Shown: in pieces, positions 21,826 through 34,379 of the stretch
Numbering within the stretch: position 1 is the first letter of the stretch
Layout: every line of letters begins with the position of its first letter
Assembly (NCBI GenBank): GCA_000934665.2
Contig: KZ538836.1
Coordinates: 1-45,163 of the forward strand
Reading direction: 5' to 3'
From: Catajapyx aquilonaris
Lineage: Eukaryota
Length of the DNA stretch: 45,163 nt
Notes under the pieces: generated by a model
Databases searched by the model: none
Told to the model about the DNA's origin: nothing
Seen by the model: only the letters and a program-made list of their open reading frames with translations
Position numbers and translations under genes: made by a program

Positions 21826-23718
21826 CTACACGTCGTCCTCGTGCTCAGCTTTCTTGGCCTCCTGCGCTATGATGTATTTTAATGACTGAAGGAACTGCAT
21901 GTACGTGTAGTGGTCTTGGATCTTGAATGGCAAGGCTGTTTCCATTGCCATATTGACGACTCTTGCAAGAATGTGGTATGCAGCTGTGTCTCCACGAGAA
22001 ACGGCTCCCGCAACGTACGTGGGATATCTCAGCTCTTCAGAGACCAGGATGGTTGGTGACCCAGTGGCCGTGTCTCTGAAGCGATACATTTCTCGAATCA
22101 GGCACAGGTCGATTCCAGCACAAGCTAGGTGCTCTTTCAAGGCCCTGTCCAGGCAACGCTGGACGCCGCCTCCCAACTGCAGGGCCTCAGCGAACTTGGT
22201 CAACACCGGGTCATCCTGCTGAAGCGAACCGTATTTTTGCATTATGAAGAATTCCAGTTGGTCGGCCTCGATCTTCCAGCCGGACTCGACCAGTTCTGGG
22301 AAATCGACAGGGACGAATTCCCTGGGAGGGTAGGTCAGGAAGGCGAATAACTTGGCCTTGTATCCGGTGATGACCACCATTGAGAAGAAGAGGAAAGAAG
22401 AGGCCAGCACCAGGAAGTGACCCGCTTTCGGAAATGGCCTGGGTTGCTCGATCATGGCTCTCACCACGAGGCTCAGTGATCCTAGCAGAGTCCTTCTATC
22501 GGATGGTGACTGCCTCGAAGGAACGTGACGTGACAAAGTGAACGTGGCGACGGAGCAAAAGACGAGTGTGACGAGAAACGGGATCCAGAATGAGAGTGGG
22601 TAAGGCCTGTACAACACTTTCCATGTCACCACACCTCCAGGCTTCCTCGTCAAGAATGCTGCGTGGGCATAAAAATGGGGAGCTGAAGACAAGAGGAACT
22701 GGATGGTTTCCTCGGAGAGAAATATGAAGAATGCGCCACATATTTTTCCAGAAATTATGTCAGAGGATAATCCAACCCATGATCCGTTGTCAAGGCGATG
22801 ATCTAATTCTGGGCTAGTGACTTCTTTCAAGTAAGATTCAATGTGGCCATTTAGGGATTGTTCTGCCAAAAGAAAAGCGCGTTCCAGGTCTGTCAAATGC
22901 TTCTCACCCATTGTTTTTGCCTTTATCCTCACGTCTTTCATATCAACACTGAGTTGGTAAAAACCCACTCTAAATGTTTGATTGTTCATCTTGTTGGGTT
23001 CAGTGGGTCGAAAATGAGGAGCAAGAAAACCGTGGTGTTGGCTGAAGTCTCCGAGAGGAATGAGTTCAGTTTGTCCTTGGTGTCCGCAAAAGAAGCAAAC
23101 AGTGTCCATCCGAAGCTTGTCCGACTCCATCACTGTAGACACTTTGAGCCAGAGTGCACTTGCAGGAGGTGATTTCAACAACTGGTGAACCTTCTCTGTG
23201 CTTTTCGATTGGAAATGGATCAGGAACCGATCGTATGCAGGCGCCAACTTGACCATTGTGGCTGTGTACATGAGAAGCTGTGCAAACGAAGAGGGTTTCG
23301 ATGGCAACAGAAGGTGAAAGGTGCAGGGCAGTCCGGACCACGCCCTGGACATGATGTCCGGAGGGACAGTCCGAAAGTCCAGCATTTCCTTCTGACTTTT
23401 CACCCAGGGGAAGTCACGAAAGGTGTATGGGAAAGTGGTCATCCGGAGATTGAATGAGGTCAGGTACTTGTCCCATTGTGACGAGAGGAGACCCCAAATG
23501 TCCTGTCCCAATCGTGTCTTGTCTGTGGACAGGACGAGCCCGCACTGTCTGAGGTCATCTCTTTCAGTCAGAAGAGTCTGAACCAGAAGAGAGACCAGGT
23601 TGTCTTCTTCCTGATTCCCTACAAGCGATATGTTCCCAACTCCCTCCTCCTCTCCTGTCCTCGGATCACCTCCAAAGGTCACAAATATCACGGAGCACCA
23701 AACGAGTGCTCGCAACAT
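21826..23718 (-). CDS. Divergent ionotropic receptor (variant iGluR family chemoreceptor), intronless, 630 aa
   Basis: Signal peptide; S1 lobe NGSWVGLSSDIISG; LYRPYPLSFW before TM1; pore region RAMIEQ; TM2 FFSMVVITGYKAKLFAFLTYP; S2 with VDFPELV and METAL. Confidence 0.9.
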   Translation of the reverse strand: MLRALVWCSVIFVTFGGDPRTGEEEGVGNISLVGNQEEDNLVSLLVQTLLTERDDLRQCGLVLSTDKTRLGQDIWGLLSSQWDKYLTSFNLRMTTFPYTFRDFPWVKSQKEMLDFRTVPPDIMSRAWSGLPCTFHLLLPSKPSSFAQLLMYTATMVKLAPAYDRFLIHFQSKSTEKVHQLLKSPPASALWLKVSTVMESDKLRMDTVCFFCGHQGQTELIPLGDFSQHHGFLAPHFRPTEPNKMNNQTFRVGFYQLSVDMKDVRIKAKTMGEKHLTDLERAFLLAEQSLNGHIESYLKEVTSPELDHRLDNGSWVGLSSDIISGKICGAFFIFLSEETIQFLLSSAPHFYAHAAFLTRKPGGVVTWKVLYRPYPLSFWIPFLVTLVFCSVATFTLSRHVPSRQSPSDRRTLLGSLSLVVRAMIEQPRPFPKAGHFLVLASSFLFFSMVVITGYKAKLFAFLTYPPREFVPVDFPELVESGWKIEADQLEFFIMQKYGSLQQDDPVLTKFAEALQLGGGVQRCLDRALKEHLACAGIDLCLIREMYRFRDTATGSPTILVSEELRYPTYVAGAVSRGDTAAYHILARVVNMAMETALPFKIQDHYTYMQFLQSLKYIIAQEAKKAEHEDDV

Positions 23719-25012
23719 GGCTGTGGTCTCTTACCTTCTGAAGCCTCTGCCCTTGACCACAACTCTGCCCCTCGCCAAGCGCAATGCGGATATGTGGAGG
23801 CCTTTTAGGGCAGACGTTATTAGCTGTAAGATATCAATTTATTAATTGACCAAATGCAAAGTGCCTTTCAGAACAATAATACGTAGTTGCCTGCCCTTGA
23901 GGAAAGTGCCCTGTTGACGAGCCACAAATGGAAGCGAGCTTATCTTTCATAATAGCGTAACCTTGTAGTTCCGAAGAGGTTTATCGAACCAGTAGTAATG
24001 CACAATTAAAAATATATTGTTTAATTCTCGAAGGCCCCTGCTCCCTAGCTTTCAAACTAAATATGAACGCAATGGAAGTAAACCCTTGGCCATCTAATTT
24101 TCCCATTACAAACGCACTGCTCTGGGCAATAAAATATTGGAAAGGGTGAACCTGTCCATTGCCATCCACATGGGACAACTTGGCCACTCCTTCTGATATG
24201 TGCTACCCACATATAGGGGAGGGACCAGAAGCATAGACTCTCTGAAATGTGAATTTGGCCACTCGAAGGCGATGCGGAGGTGAACTTGGCCACCTGTTTT
24301 GAAACCCCCAACAGTTGACAATGTCAATTGATGACCTGAAGACATGCTTCACATATTATGTATGCAGAGCTCAGCATGGCTCAGGTTTTTAGGGGAGAAA
24401 TGGGAATACATGTAATTAGAGCAATGTGAATATTGTTTGCACGTGAGAGGGGGGAAAAGGGTCCATCTTCCCAGATAGACAGGTGTCCAACTTAGCAACA
24501 TTATATATTGTAAGAGATATGCTTTTCCAACCGTTCCAAAAATAATGTCCAGCATGGCCAACTTGTTAAGGTGCGTCCAACTTGATATGCTTTACTTACC
24601 ACTGCGATAGGGAGCGTCAGTAATACGTCCCTATATTAGTCTACCTGGCGATTGGGCGCGAGTTTTCCGTCATCCTGTATATAGGCGTTGATGACATACA
24701 ATGTGCCGGAATAATAACTGCTAATAATGTGTGACATGACATCCTTTTTCCATTGTGTCTATCCGCAACTTGTGCAGTGGGACTGATATCAATAGCAGAT
24801 TCTAGTGTCACTATAGGGAAAGAGTGCAACTTACCTACGGTAGTGTTGTGCTTCCTTTCGTCGTGATAAGAAATAATCAAGGTCAAGGTGATGTTGGTGA
24901 TGCCATTTATTGGAAGACTGACCAACTATTCGGATTATAAGAAGTGACTGTAGAAGTCAGAGATGGGGCAACTGGAGGTGTACTAGCCATTCTGAACTAT
25001 CGTACCAGACCA

Positions 25013-26636
25013 ATGGAGACCTCATCACCCGTGTGCAAGAGAGATGACCAGGAGACATCCCGACTGTGCCTGGGACCCTCCCCTCCTCCGTACTGCTTCC
25101 CTGACTCTTTCCAATCCTTCACCACAATGGTCGGAGTGTTATGGACGTGCATGGGCGTCGTGGGCACAGTGGCCAATCTCCTGGTGCTGCTGGCCGTACC
25201 ATACGCCAGGAGAAGGTGCACAGACCCTCGAAGTCCCCTCAGACACTGCACGACAGTCCTCCTTCTCAGCATGTGCTGCTCTGAAGGTCTCTATTGCGGC
25301 ACAGTCTTGTCAGTCATGGGAGTCACCTACTTCTATAGAGAGTGGAAATTTGGACACATGTACTGTCAAATCAGTGGAGTTTGTGGCGATTTCTTCAAAG
25401 AAACGTCGATCTTATCCTTATCAGCCGCTATTCTGTGCAGGTACAGTATAGAATGATTATGATGTAGCCTACCGTATACATAATACACCCCTGCTGCATT
25501 GTATGGAAATAATGGGCAACCTATTTTGATACAGCTCATGGTAATCGTAGAATTGCTCTCTTGTAATTGACTTTGGCAGACCCCGAATGGTAATGAAACG
25601 ATTGCAATATAATTATTGTTGTCTTGTTGACGTGCATATCACATCTCCTGTTTCAGAACCTTGACAATATGGTGGCCCACAGCCAATGCTTTGATTTTTG
25701 AACCTGGTGGTGCCATACCAGTCGTGATTTTTCTGTGGCTCATTACAACCATCATTACTGCTTTACAAGTGGTAAGGTCGAACCAATGGTGGTGCCTGAC
25801 ATTATTTTTTAAAGTGAATTTGGCTTAATGAGGAATTATGCTAATTTGCAGGTGTACGGAGAATTTGGCTACAGCTGCACAGTTGGGTTCTGTCAAAACA
25901 TCAACAAGGAATCCCTTATCCATTTGATTAACGTCATAGCTTTCGGACTGATACCTTTGGTAGCCATTCCAATATGCTCGATTCTGACTGCAGTGAAAAT
26001 TAACGAGTCCACTTCCGACATGACCCAATTCGAGTGGGTATCTATTAATAGTGAAATTCCTGACTGCTGGGAGGTTAACTTGGCTTTAATTCCCTTCCTT
26101 ATTATATTAACAGTGGCATATCTGATTCGACCCTTGAGACTCTGAGGAAAAGAGAGAAGCAAGTGACCACACACATGCTCTTGCTGACCTTCACTTACTT
26201 CTTGTTCCTGACCATATACATCGGAATAGTATTATTTGCAGGTGCGGATGTATGGTCAACCCCATACATTTATTACACATTTATACTGCAGGGATACTTT
26301 GCTCTAAATGTTTTCATCTACTTCTACAGGTGAGTTCTTGTGAATAAATAACGTATTAATGAGCACGTGTCACAAATTGACGTCATACAACTCACTGACT
26401 TGCCATCAGCTCATTAATTGAGCCAATAGCACAATTAAATATAATTACTTTCCACACTGTATTCTTCCTATAGTAAATAAATCCTGGAATAATTTTATTT
26501 TACGAATAGGATCAAGGCATACACGGATGCAGTCAGATTGTTCCTTCATGACTTATCATCTCTTGCCTCACGGATTAAAAAGTTAATGTACTGTAGAAAA
26601 AAAAATCAAAATATGCAATGCATACCCTGCAATTAA
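25013..26636 (+). CDS. Divergent class A (rhodopsin-like) GPCR, Tre1/GPR84-like, ~355 aa
   Basis: Exons 25013-25440, 25657-25771, 25852-26033, 26114-26329, 26510-26636 (1068 nt). TM1 GTVANLLVLLA, WKFGHMYC loop, CRT in place of DRY, RKREKQVT before TM6, NVFIY in place of NPxxY. Start codon and subfamily are inferred. Confidence 0.82.
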
Positions 26637-29600
26637 TATTTACTTGTTGTGCGTCTTTTGTGGAAAATGAATGACCCTGATTAATTTTACGAATTAAAAT
26701 AATTCCCATCTGCCAATTACCGCTTTATTGCCTTTAATTTTCTTAAGAATATTTCTGTACCCCTGCTGCTTTCCTTGTAGAAAGAAAGAGAACAACAGAG
26801 ATCTTGTTCAATTATTATTGTTATCGACCACGTGTAGAGCAAAGCCTACTATTTATTTTGGAGGCAACATTTTTTGCATCCGAGTTATTTTTTTTCTTCT
26901 CCATATCACTACGAAACGCTGTTTTGTGCATCGAACTGTGACTGCTGATGCATAATATCTGCTATGCATTTGACCATCAAGGTCATAACCAGCAACAGGG
27001 AATCCGGAAAGGGGTGGGGGATATCACCCTTGGTTGATCCCACCCAACCTCCCCATGGATCCAGCCAGGTACTCCCTGGTGCAGCTCCCTCTTTCTCATC
27101 TTGATCTCCAAGGAAGGCGGACGTGCGTGCTTCTGGCCAGGTCTACAGAACAACTGCATTACGAGTACGCCAGGTACGTGTACACCATTTAGATGGGGGT
27201 TACTTAAGTGGACTACACAATTTATTGAGGTTCATTTAGCCACGAAAAAGTCGCGAGTTATACAGGCAGACACTTATTAATTTTTTAAAGTGCAAAGCAA
27301 TATTTTTAATTAACTCCCGTTTGTAGGGGATAATGGGGGCAGCAGCGATGCAGCACTTCGTGGACCGAAAGCAGATTGAGGTCTCGTCCTCCGTCAAGTG
27401 GGGGTCAAGTTGCACTAGACAGGCCTTGAATTCATGAATGGTGAGTACAGCAGCGATTAAAAACCCGTCATTTACAGGTTTACATCACGCACGTTGTACC
27501 AGGTCAGATAATATGGGATTATTGTTGCCTACTAAAATCTGTATTTGGCACGAAAAGCATTAACTGTCAAATTGGTTAGGCAAGATCTCAGTTAACCAAC
27601 ATGGTGCAGCAAGAACAGTATAAGGGGGAAAAAAACTCAATTGCAATAGGGAGTAAAACCAATAATTGCTTGGCGACTAGCTCCATTAGAAATACTGGAT
27701 AAAATTTGTGTAAGAAAATGGGGCTAGACGAATAACACTTGACCTTGGCTCATTGAAATGCAGGGATGCCGGCCTTTGAATAGCATAACTGCATATTGGT
27801 TTGTTAAAAGCTACAAAATGGACTTAAAGTGGTTTTTGTAAAGATGTTTAAAAAAGTGTAATTGTGACTACCCAATGAGATGACTTCTTGGCACCCATCA
27901 GTCAAATTGCCTCAATCATGCCTAGTGTCCACAATGTAACGGGGAAGTAAAAGAAAAACCACTAGAAAATTGCGATTAAATTGCCAAATTTTTCTTTGAC
28001 CTTGTGCAACCCCTGAGGCACTAAGTACGCCATTTTACTCCAAAGACCCCACTCGACATGTAATGGGAGTTGGTAAATTTGCATTGTTACCTGGAGTTAG
28101 CTACATGTTGGTACAGATTTTGATAAGCTGAATTGTTGGCCATTTAGAAAATCAGTCATATGTGTTGCCATATTTTACAAAAATTTAATTCCCCTCAAAA
28201 TGCCTGTTTGCAAATAGCAATTTCATATTTAATATAATAGTGTTCGTTTCTTGGATCCATTCACATTTTGAACACCAGGAATGGTGCCTTTTTGTAGCAC
28301 TAATAATTGTCTGTCGGGGGACATTAAAGTTGAATCGATTGTTGGCTGATGGGCTGAGTTGAACATAGGACAGTGGTGCTGTCTTCTGCAGTCATTCATA
28401 ACAATTATCAAATGTTTATATAACATATCAAAATTTGTGCTTGAGTAATTGTGGTTTGACATGGCGTTATTTTACCAAATGCTTTCTTTCATGCAGGTGC
28501 AGCCTTGAGATTATGGTCTGACAGGTCTACATTACCATGCTGCTGCCGCCTTCACAGCATCACCAGCATCCTCTACAATGACTACATGATCATTGGTCTT
28601 TCATCGCAGCATCTCGATGGTCTTTGGACACAACCATTATTATCTGGTGAGCATTTCTCTGGATTATTTTGCACTGCATAAGCCATGGTGACATTAAACA
28701 TAGCAGCTGAATCTGACCTTGAGTGATGGCATCAAGGGATGGGGTTTCAAAAATTCTCGACTGTTGATAAAATGAAGCACTGTCTTGGGGTTGTTGTGCT
28801 GTTGACTGTTGGAGTCATGCTGTGTGTGTGTAACGTCAGCAGTATTAATAGTGGCCTGCCTTGGGATGTGCTGTTTGGGCAGAAAGACATGCAAATCAGT
28901 TGGCAGTTTTTTTCTTCTGCAATAATTGGCCTGTAGATATGCAATGAAACCGAATACAAACTTGTTGTTGTCTTTGATGACCAACTTGATAAGCATGAAG
29001 GTGCAGCCTACCTTTGCTCGAGTGCTGTAAATAGCAAATAATTTGCATTTTTCCTGAAAATTTGGGAGGTGTGGAATATCATCCCCTTTAGTTGATACGA
29101 AATTGTACTTTCAACTGGTACAAGAGACCCTGAACCCATTCCATAGTTTATTAGTAACTTGTTGCCTGACTTTTTGATCTCATACAATCCGTCCTTATTT
29201 GCAGAATAAGCAGCCTCAAACATCTGTGCTGCTCTGGAGAAGTGACTTCTGCGATGGACAACTCATTTGGCTGAGACACTCCAACAACCAACATGGTCAT
29301 CTCATTTCATCGCCTGCCCCCAGCGCAATTGGTTCTTCGAGTGACTTCAGATGCCACCACAGCCGCACTTATTGGTGAGTCCTATTCTCTTGCTTTCATT
29401 TATTAGTGCCTCGTCGTGTCTTGATGGGAAATAGGATAATCCACGTACTATTTGAGTTGAAGGATCGAAATGTGAAGGCAACTTACTGTAGAAGTTAGTG
29501 TGGCATGTGTGTGTCAGGTTCATTCAAACATACAGGCCTGCAATTTGATTAGTGTTTGGTGAATCACATCTGAAAACTCTCACTAGACAATCAGAGCACA

Positions 29601-30622
29601 CTGGTGAGGCTTGTCTAGTGGGCTGCAGAGACATTTGACTCGTTTCAGTGCAAAATAGTGCATTAATATTTGAGACCCAGTCGAAGGGCACATGTTACGA
29701 AGGCTTCTATAGACATTCAACGGTAATTGCTGTGGTGGTTCCGAATTATTAACTTGTGCATTAAAATTAATGGAAACCTAGTTATCAACATGTGCTTAAA
29801 ATATTGATATTAATAAAATAAGGTCAGTTGAAATGGGATATTCAGTTTGAGGGTTGCTCTCATCAAAAGCATGTGCCTCGAATACTGTAATCTATTTTGA
29901 CATTTGACAATCGAAAGTTAATTCTTCTGATGCTTTGACAATTAATTGTACAGGTGTGTATACCACCCCTGAAAAATGACCTGGCAGTGCTAATTTGAAG
30001 AAGAAGAAAAAAGTTGCACTGGAAACATAAATCTGGCAGATGGAAACTATGAGTTGAGTAGCATTTTAACCTATTAGTGGTATAGCCTTCTCACAAAATG
30101 TGGTGGTGCTTGTTACTTGTGTATTCATTGCAAAGCATATATACTTAGACACTTGATTGAACATGTGAGGAAATGGTTACTTGGCAAGTTAACGAGCATT
30201 GTGACATTCATGGTTATGTTTTACTCCCAAGGCTTAATTTCGCGATGAATATGCAGCACTTACTGTGCATTTGTCTTTGCATTTTTCTCGTAACTACACT
30301 ATAATCTGCTTATTATTTAGCAGTGTCTTTTAGTGGCTTTTTAGATCGAATTCCCAATATAATCGGGGCACCACTACTTTCCCAACGCAAGTGAAGTACG
30401 TACCTAGCATGAAAATCACCTGCATGCTCATCTTACAAATATGAATTAGTAGATATCGAATCATGTTTTAATAACTCCTTGTGGCCCCAACATCTCTTCC
30501 ATATGCCTCATTAGAATATAAGTTGTATGATTATAACACTTGTTGTTAGAATTATAGTATAGATAGGAGAGTAGGTAACATTATAAGTGGTATGATTATA
30601 GCATTTATTATAATTAAGTATA

Positions 30623-30966
30623 CAGGTTGTGTCAACAGTTGAGGGATGTGCCAGAAATGTTGGGGCATATTCTGGCTACATAGCTAGACCATACATAGGC
30701 TTTTCTATGACCTTTCTATTGTATCCTTGGAATTGTTACCATTTGTGTTATGCCGATTTGTCCAAAGTCCAGATTTATGCCCTTTTTTCTTTTTTCTCAA
30801 ATGTTGTAAAGCGTATCCAACTGTGTGGTTAGTATGACGATGCTCGGTGGTTGTGTCCCCCTAAAAATGGCCAATAGGCCAGCTAATGGGGTAGAATAAA
30901 TAAATAAATAAATAAATACATAGGCTTTTCTGATCACTGATCAGACAAAAATGCTGAGACACCCTG
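30623..30966. mobile_element. Tc1/mariner-type MITE nested in the foldback centre
   Basis: TA|CAGGTTGTGTCA ... TGAGACACCCTG|TA; 10/12 TIR match with TA flanks. Confidence 0.6.
30707..30915 (+). mobile_element. 5'-truncated retroposon (LINE/SINE 3' end) with (TAAA)n tail
   Basis: 16-bp TSD ATACATAGGCTTTTCT at 30691-30706 and 30916-30931; tail immediately before the 3' TSD. Confidence 0.85.
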
Positions 30967-32129
30967 TAGATAGTAGACTATAGATAACATTAGATTATAA
31001 GTGGTATAATGTAACATTTGTTATAATGTAATTTATATTCTGATGAGGCATATGGAAGAGATGTTGGGGCCACAAGGTGTTATTAAAACATGATTCATTT
31101 TCTACTAAGTTAATTCATATTTGTGACATAGACATGCAGGTGAACTTGACTGGCATTGGGCAAGTACAGTGGTGCCCTGATTATATTGGGAAGAGAACAG
31201 AATAGCAACTCGAGATGCTGCTAAATAATAAGCAGATTGGTTATGATTTACGGAATCAGTCCAACCCGTTGCTGATACTTTGCGAACAGTCCAATATATC
31301 TGGGCACATGCTGTAATTCTTCACTGGCGATTGCACTACAGCATGTGTCCAATTTCAGTGGACATTTCATGAAGTGCTCAATTTCGCTATATGGGGCTAC
31401 GACAAATACACAAGCGACACCATATTTTTGTGAGAAGGCTACCACTCAAACACCACTCAATCTGTCAGATTTAATGCTTTCAAGGCAGTTTTTTTTTTGT
31501 TTAAATTTATTATTTTTACAAATGAGCACTGCCAGGCCATTTTCCAGGGGGTGGTACAGCAGGAAGCGTGACTGCCATTGGGAAAGTATAGTGGGATGTT
31601 GGCTCAGAAGAAAGGTATAAATTCTTGCCTGACATAGTGCCAAGGGTCAAATACTAAAATGAAATGGTGGATAACAGGCTCTGTTGTTAAATGTGAAAGA
31701 GGATTAGTCATGTCGTTTACAATGCACTGTCCAAATCTGCAGTACAACAGTGAAGCTCATAGTCACTCTCTTGAGAGAATTGAATGGAATTAAGGCGACT
31801 CGCATTCCCAGCTGTGCCAGTCATTATAAAATTACTGTTGATCGCCCATAGCTGTTTGTGATAGCAAGTGTGGGTGCATATTGGTAGTTTGGAACTTTTC
31901 TAATTGCTTATGTACCGTCATATGTTGATCAATTCACTACTCCTGCATCACTGACCACCACGGTTTTTGATGGCTCCTAACATTAGCAAATTATTTTTCT
32001 GGGCCAGTTTCATCAGTAATTTAGTGATTATAAATTTTGAATTAATGTGCATCTGTGTATGCATGCTGCGTTACCCTCAAGTGCCAAATGTCATGGGATG
32101 GGTATCCTCGAGGCTCGAGCCCTGTATGT

Positions 32130-32350
32130 GAAACAAAGCCAGCAACTCTTGCGTGGCATTGATTCCATAAGTTGAGCCATGCCATCTGGATGGATCTTGG
32201 ATAGCCACCTACAGCTTCCTGGACCTCTTCACCACATCCCATAAATGCGGGATAGGATTCAGTCCGGCCACATTATTCTTCATAATGCTCCTTGAACCAA
32301 TTCTGAACCTGCTGATGAAACTGCATTAGCCTGCTGGAATTTCCCAGGTC
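32130..32350 (-). pseudogene. Decayed Tc1-family transposase C-terminal fragment
   Basis: Ordered, frameshifted motifs FQQANA, QVQNWFKEH, WPD/LNPIPHLWDVVKR and LMESMPR match Tc1 QQDNA...WP..SPDLNPIE.LW...SMPRR. Confidence 0.8.
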
Positions 32351-33330
32351 ATGAAGCACAGTGCCATGAGCTGTGTTCATCAGCACCCTGCCTCACGACA
32401 AAACCTGGGCATGAATGCCAGGGTGGTGTGACTTCAAAAGTTTCACGTTTCTATCGCATGACTTTTGGCACTTGAGTTTTGCACATGTTAATTGTTTCGC
32501 CTGATTTACATTCTTGCATCTGTTGCTTTCAGATTTCTTATGCCCAGAGGAAGAGCAGCAGTGATTTCCAGGACTGTTACCAGAGGATGATGCCCATGAC
32601 GAGATGTTGCTGTAGGTCAGTATCATTGAGATCAGGGTCTCAATGCAGTTGCGTGGATTTGAGTGTTGGCTCCTGTGAGAATTACATGACTGCAATAAAA
32701 TGACTCTTCTGAATGTATCTGCTTTCTATTTGGAAATGAGGAAACGTTTTGTGCTGCACTCGAAGTCTTTGCATGTGGAATTGCGCATTGCCTTTAGAGC
32801 ATTTACACTTAATCAGTTCTGCTACAGATGTCTTCAACTTGACTGTTATCAGCTTTGGCATTGCTCTTGATGAAAAATGTTGAGATCATGTCAATTAAGC
32901 ATTTTGTGGCTGGGGTGCTAAAATTTGCTTAATTTCTGTGCACAGGAAGCAATAAGTTCAATTACCATGTAATTGCATATATGGACCCTTTTCTATTGTG
33001 TTGCATGTTTTCGAATTAATTTTTGTTCTCTTTCCAGTGCTGGTAATTTGCAGCCTGCTCCTGAGATGGTGCCACTCTGGAAGCCAGCAGTCCTCCTGAA
33101 ATGATGACCACACCATCATTTTTCTTGTATCCCTGTTTTCTCTTATCAGCAGAATCCTTTCCCCACACCCTCTTCCCTAAAGGCCGATGTCGTCCGGGCG
33201 TAATTTCGGGCGGCCCCGGCCGCCCCTGCATTCGCAAAGTCCGCTGACGCGGAGCCTATCTTGTGGACTCCTCCTCCTTTTTTCTGTAATTTCTTTCAGA
33301 GTCCAGTGAGAGTCTTCTGGTTGGTTCACT

Positions 33331-33634
33331 CAGTCCCTTGCCCCTCCCCCTCTGCCTGCTGATGGGCGAGGCTTCCATGGATGGGGGTGCACGTGTGGAT
33401 GACGTAGGTTACGTCGTCCACATGTGCCCCCGTCCATTGAGACTTCGATGGATGGGGATGCACGTGGGACGATGTAAGTTACGTTGCCCTCCTGCCCCTA
33501 TCCTCCCAGGGCAAGCCCTATGGGAGGATAGAGGAAGGGGAGGCAACGTATCTTACATTGCCCATGGGCCCCCATCCATCAAAGCCTCTCTCCCTGGCCA
33601 TCAGTAGGCGGAGGGAGGAGAGGCAACGACACTG
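33331..33634. mobile_element. GC-rich MITE, possibly hAT (CAGT termini)
   Basis: CAGTCCCTTGCCCCTCCCCCTCTGCCTGCTGATGG mirrored by CCATCAGTAGGCGGAGGGAGGAGAGGCAACGACACTG; internal ATGGATGGGG..GCACGTG repeat; no clean TSD. Confidence 0.65.
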
Positions 33635-34379
33635 TTCATTTATTACAGTCAATATACACTGTACAAAAATAGCAATAAAGATATGTCCACACTAACATAA
33701 CTGTTCTTCTGACTGCTCTTTTCCAGGATCTTCAAAGTAACTGTTCCTCCTTGCATACTTTCCAGGATGACAATCTAGAAAGAAAAGTAAACTAGAGAAA
33801 CTATTTGACAGGGGGGCAGGTAATTAAAATGGACATGATCATGTGGGAAAGCATGGAAATTTTCACCAGAATTTGACCTTGAAAGACTTAGAATAATTTC
33901 AACCACAAGGCCAGCTAAAAATGACTTGCAGATGTTAAGGATTAAAGCCAGAAAGAACTTAATCATGAAGTGCCTTCATATACTGCAAATTTATTTAATC
34001 AACATACTTGGAATTCATTGGCACCAGCTGTGGTGTACAGGCCTACACAACAAAATTTTTAATGCCAATGACATCACCTTTGTTATAAAAAGGAATCGTA
34101 TAAATCTGCTGAGTCAAAAGCGTTGAGAAGTATTGGCCAATTAGTCACATGGCTAAATGACTATTTCAGTCATCAAGTTTTGAAATTTAATTGCAGCCTG
34201 ATATGACCCATTTATTAATGAAAATTACCATTTTGATATCTAATTAATCTGATCAGTTTCAAACAATCTTCCTCCACTTTGCAACAGTTCTCTGCCTTTT
34301 TCATGTCTCAAAATGCAATATTCAACCCATTTTATTAAACTAACATTAAACCATGGATGTGAGGCATGCTACAACAAAT

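Larger units (their letters stand above)
30075..31445. mobile_element. Large foldback element with ~450-480-bp imperfect inverted arms
   Basis: AGCCTTCTCACAAAA, AATCTGCTTATTATTTAGCA and CCTTGTGGCCCCAACATCTCTTCCATATGCCTCAT on the left arm are mirrored at ~31430, ~31220 and ~31045. Confidence 0.8.

Noticed and set aside
28229..29223. Minus-strand ORFs of 70-100 aa (possible THAP or viral relic)
   Set aside because: No convincing ordered motif set; cannot be assigned without a search.
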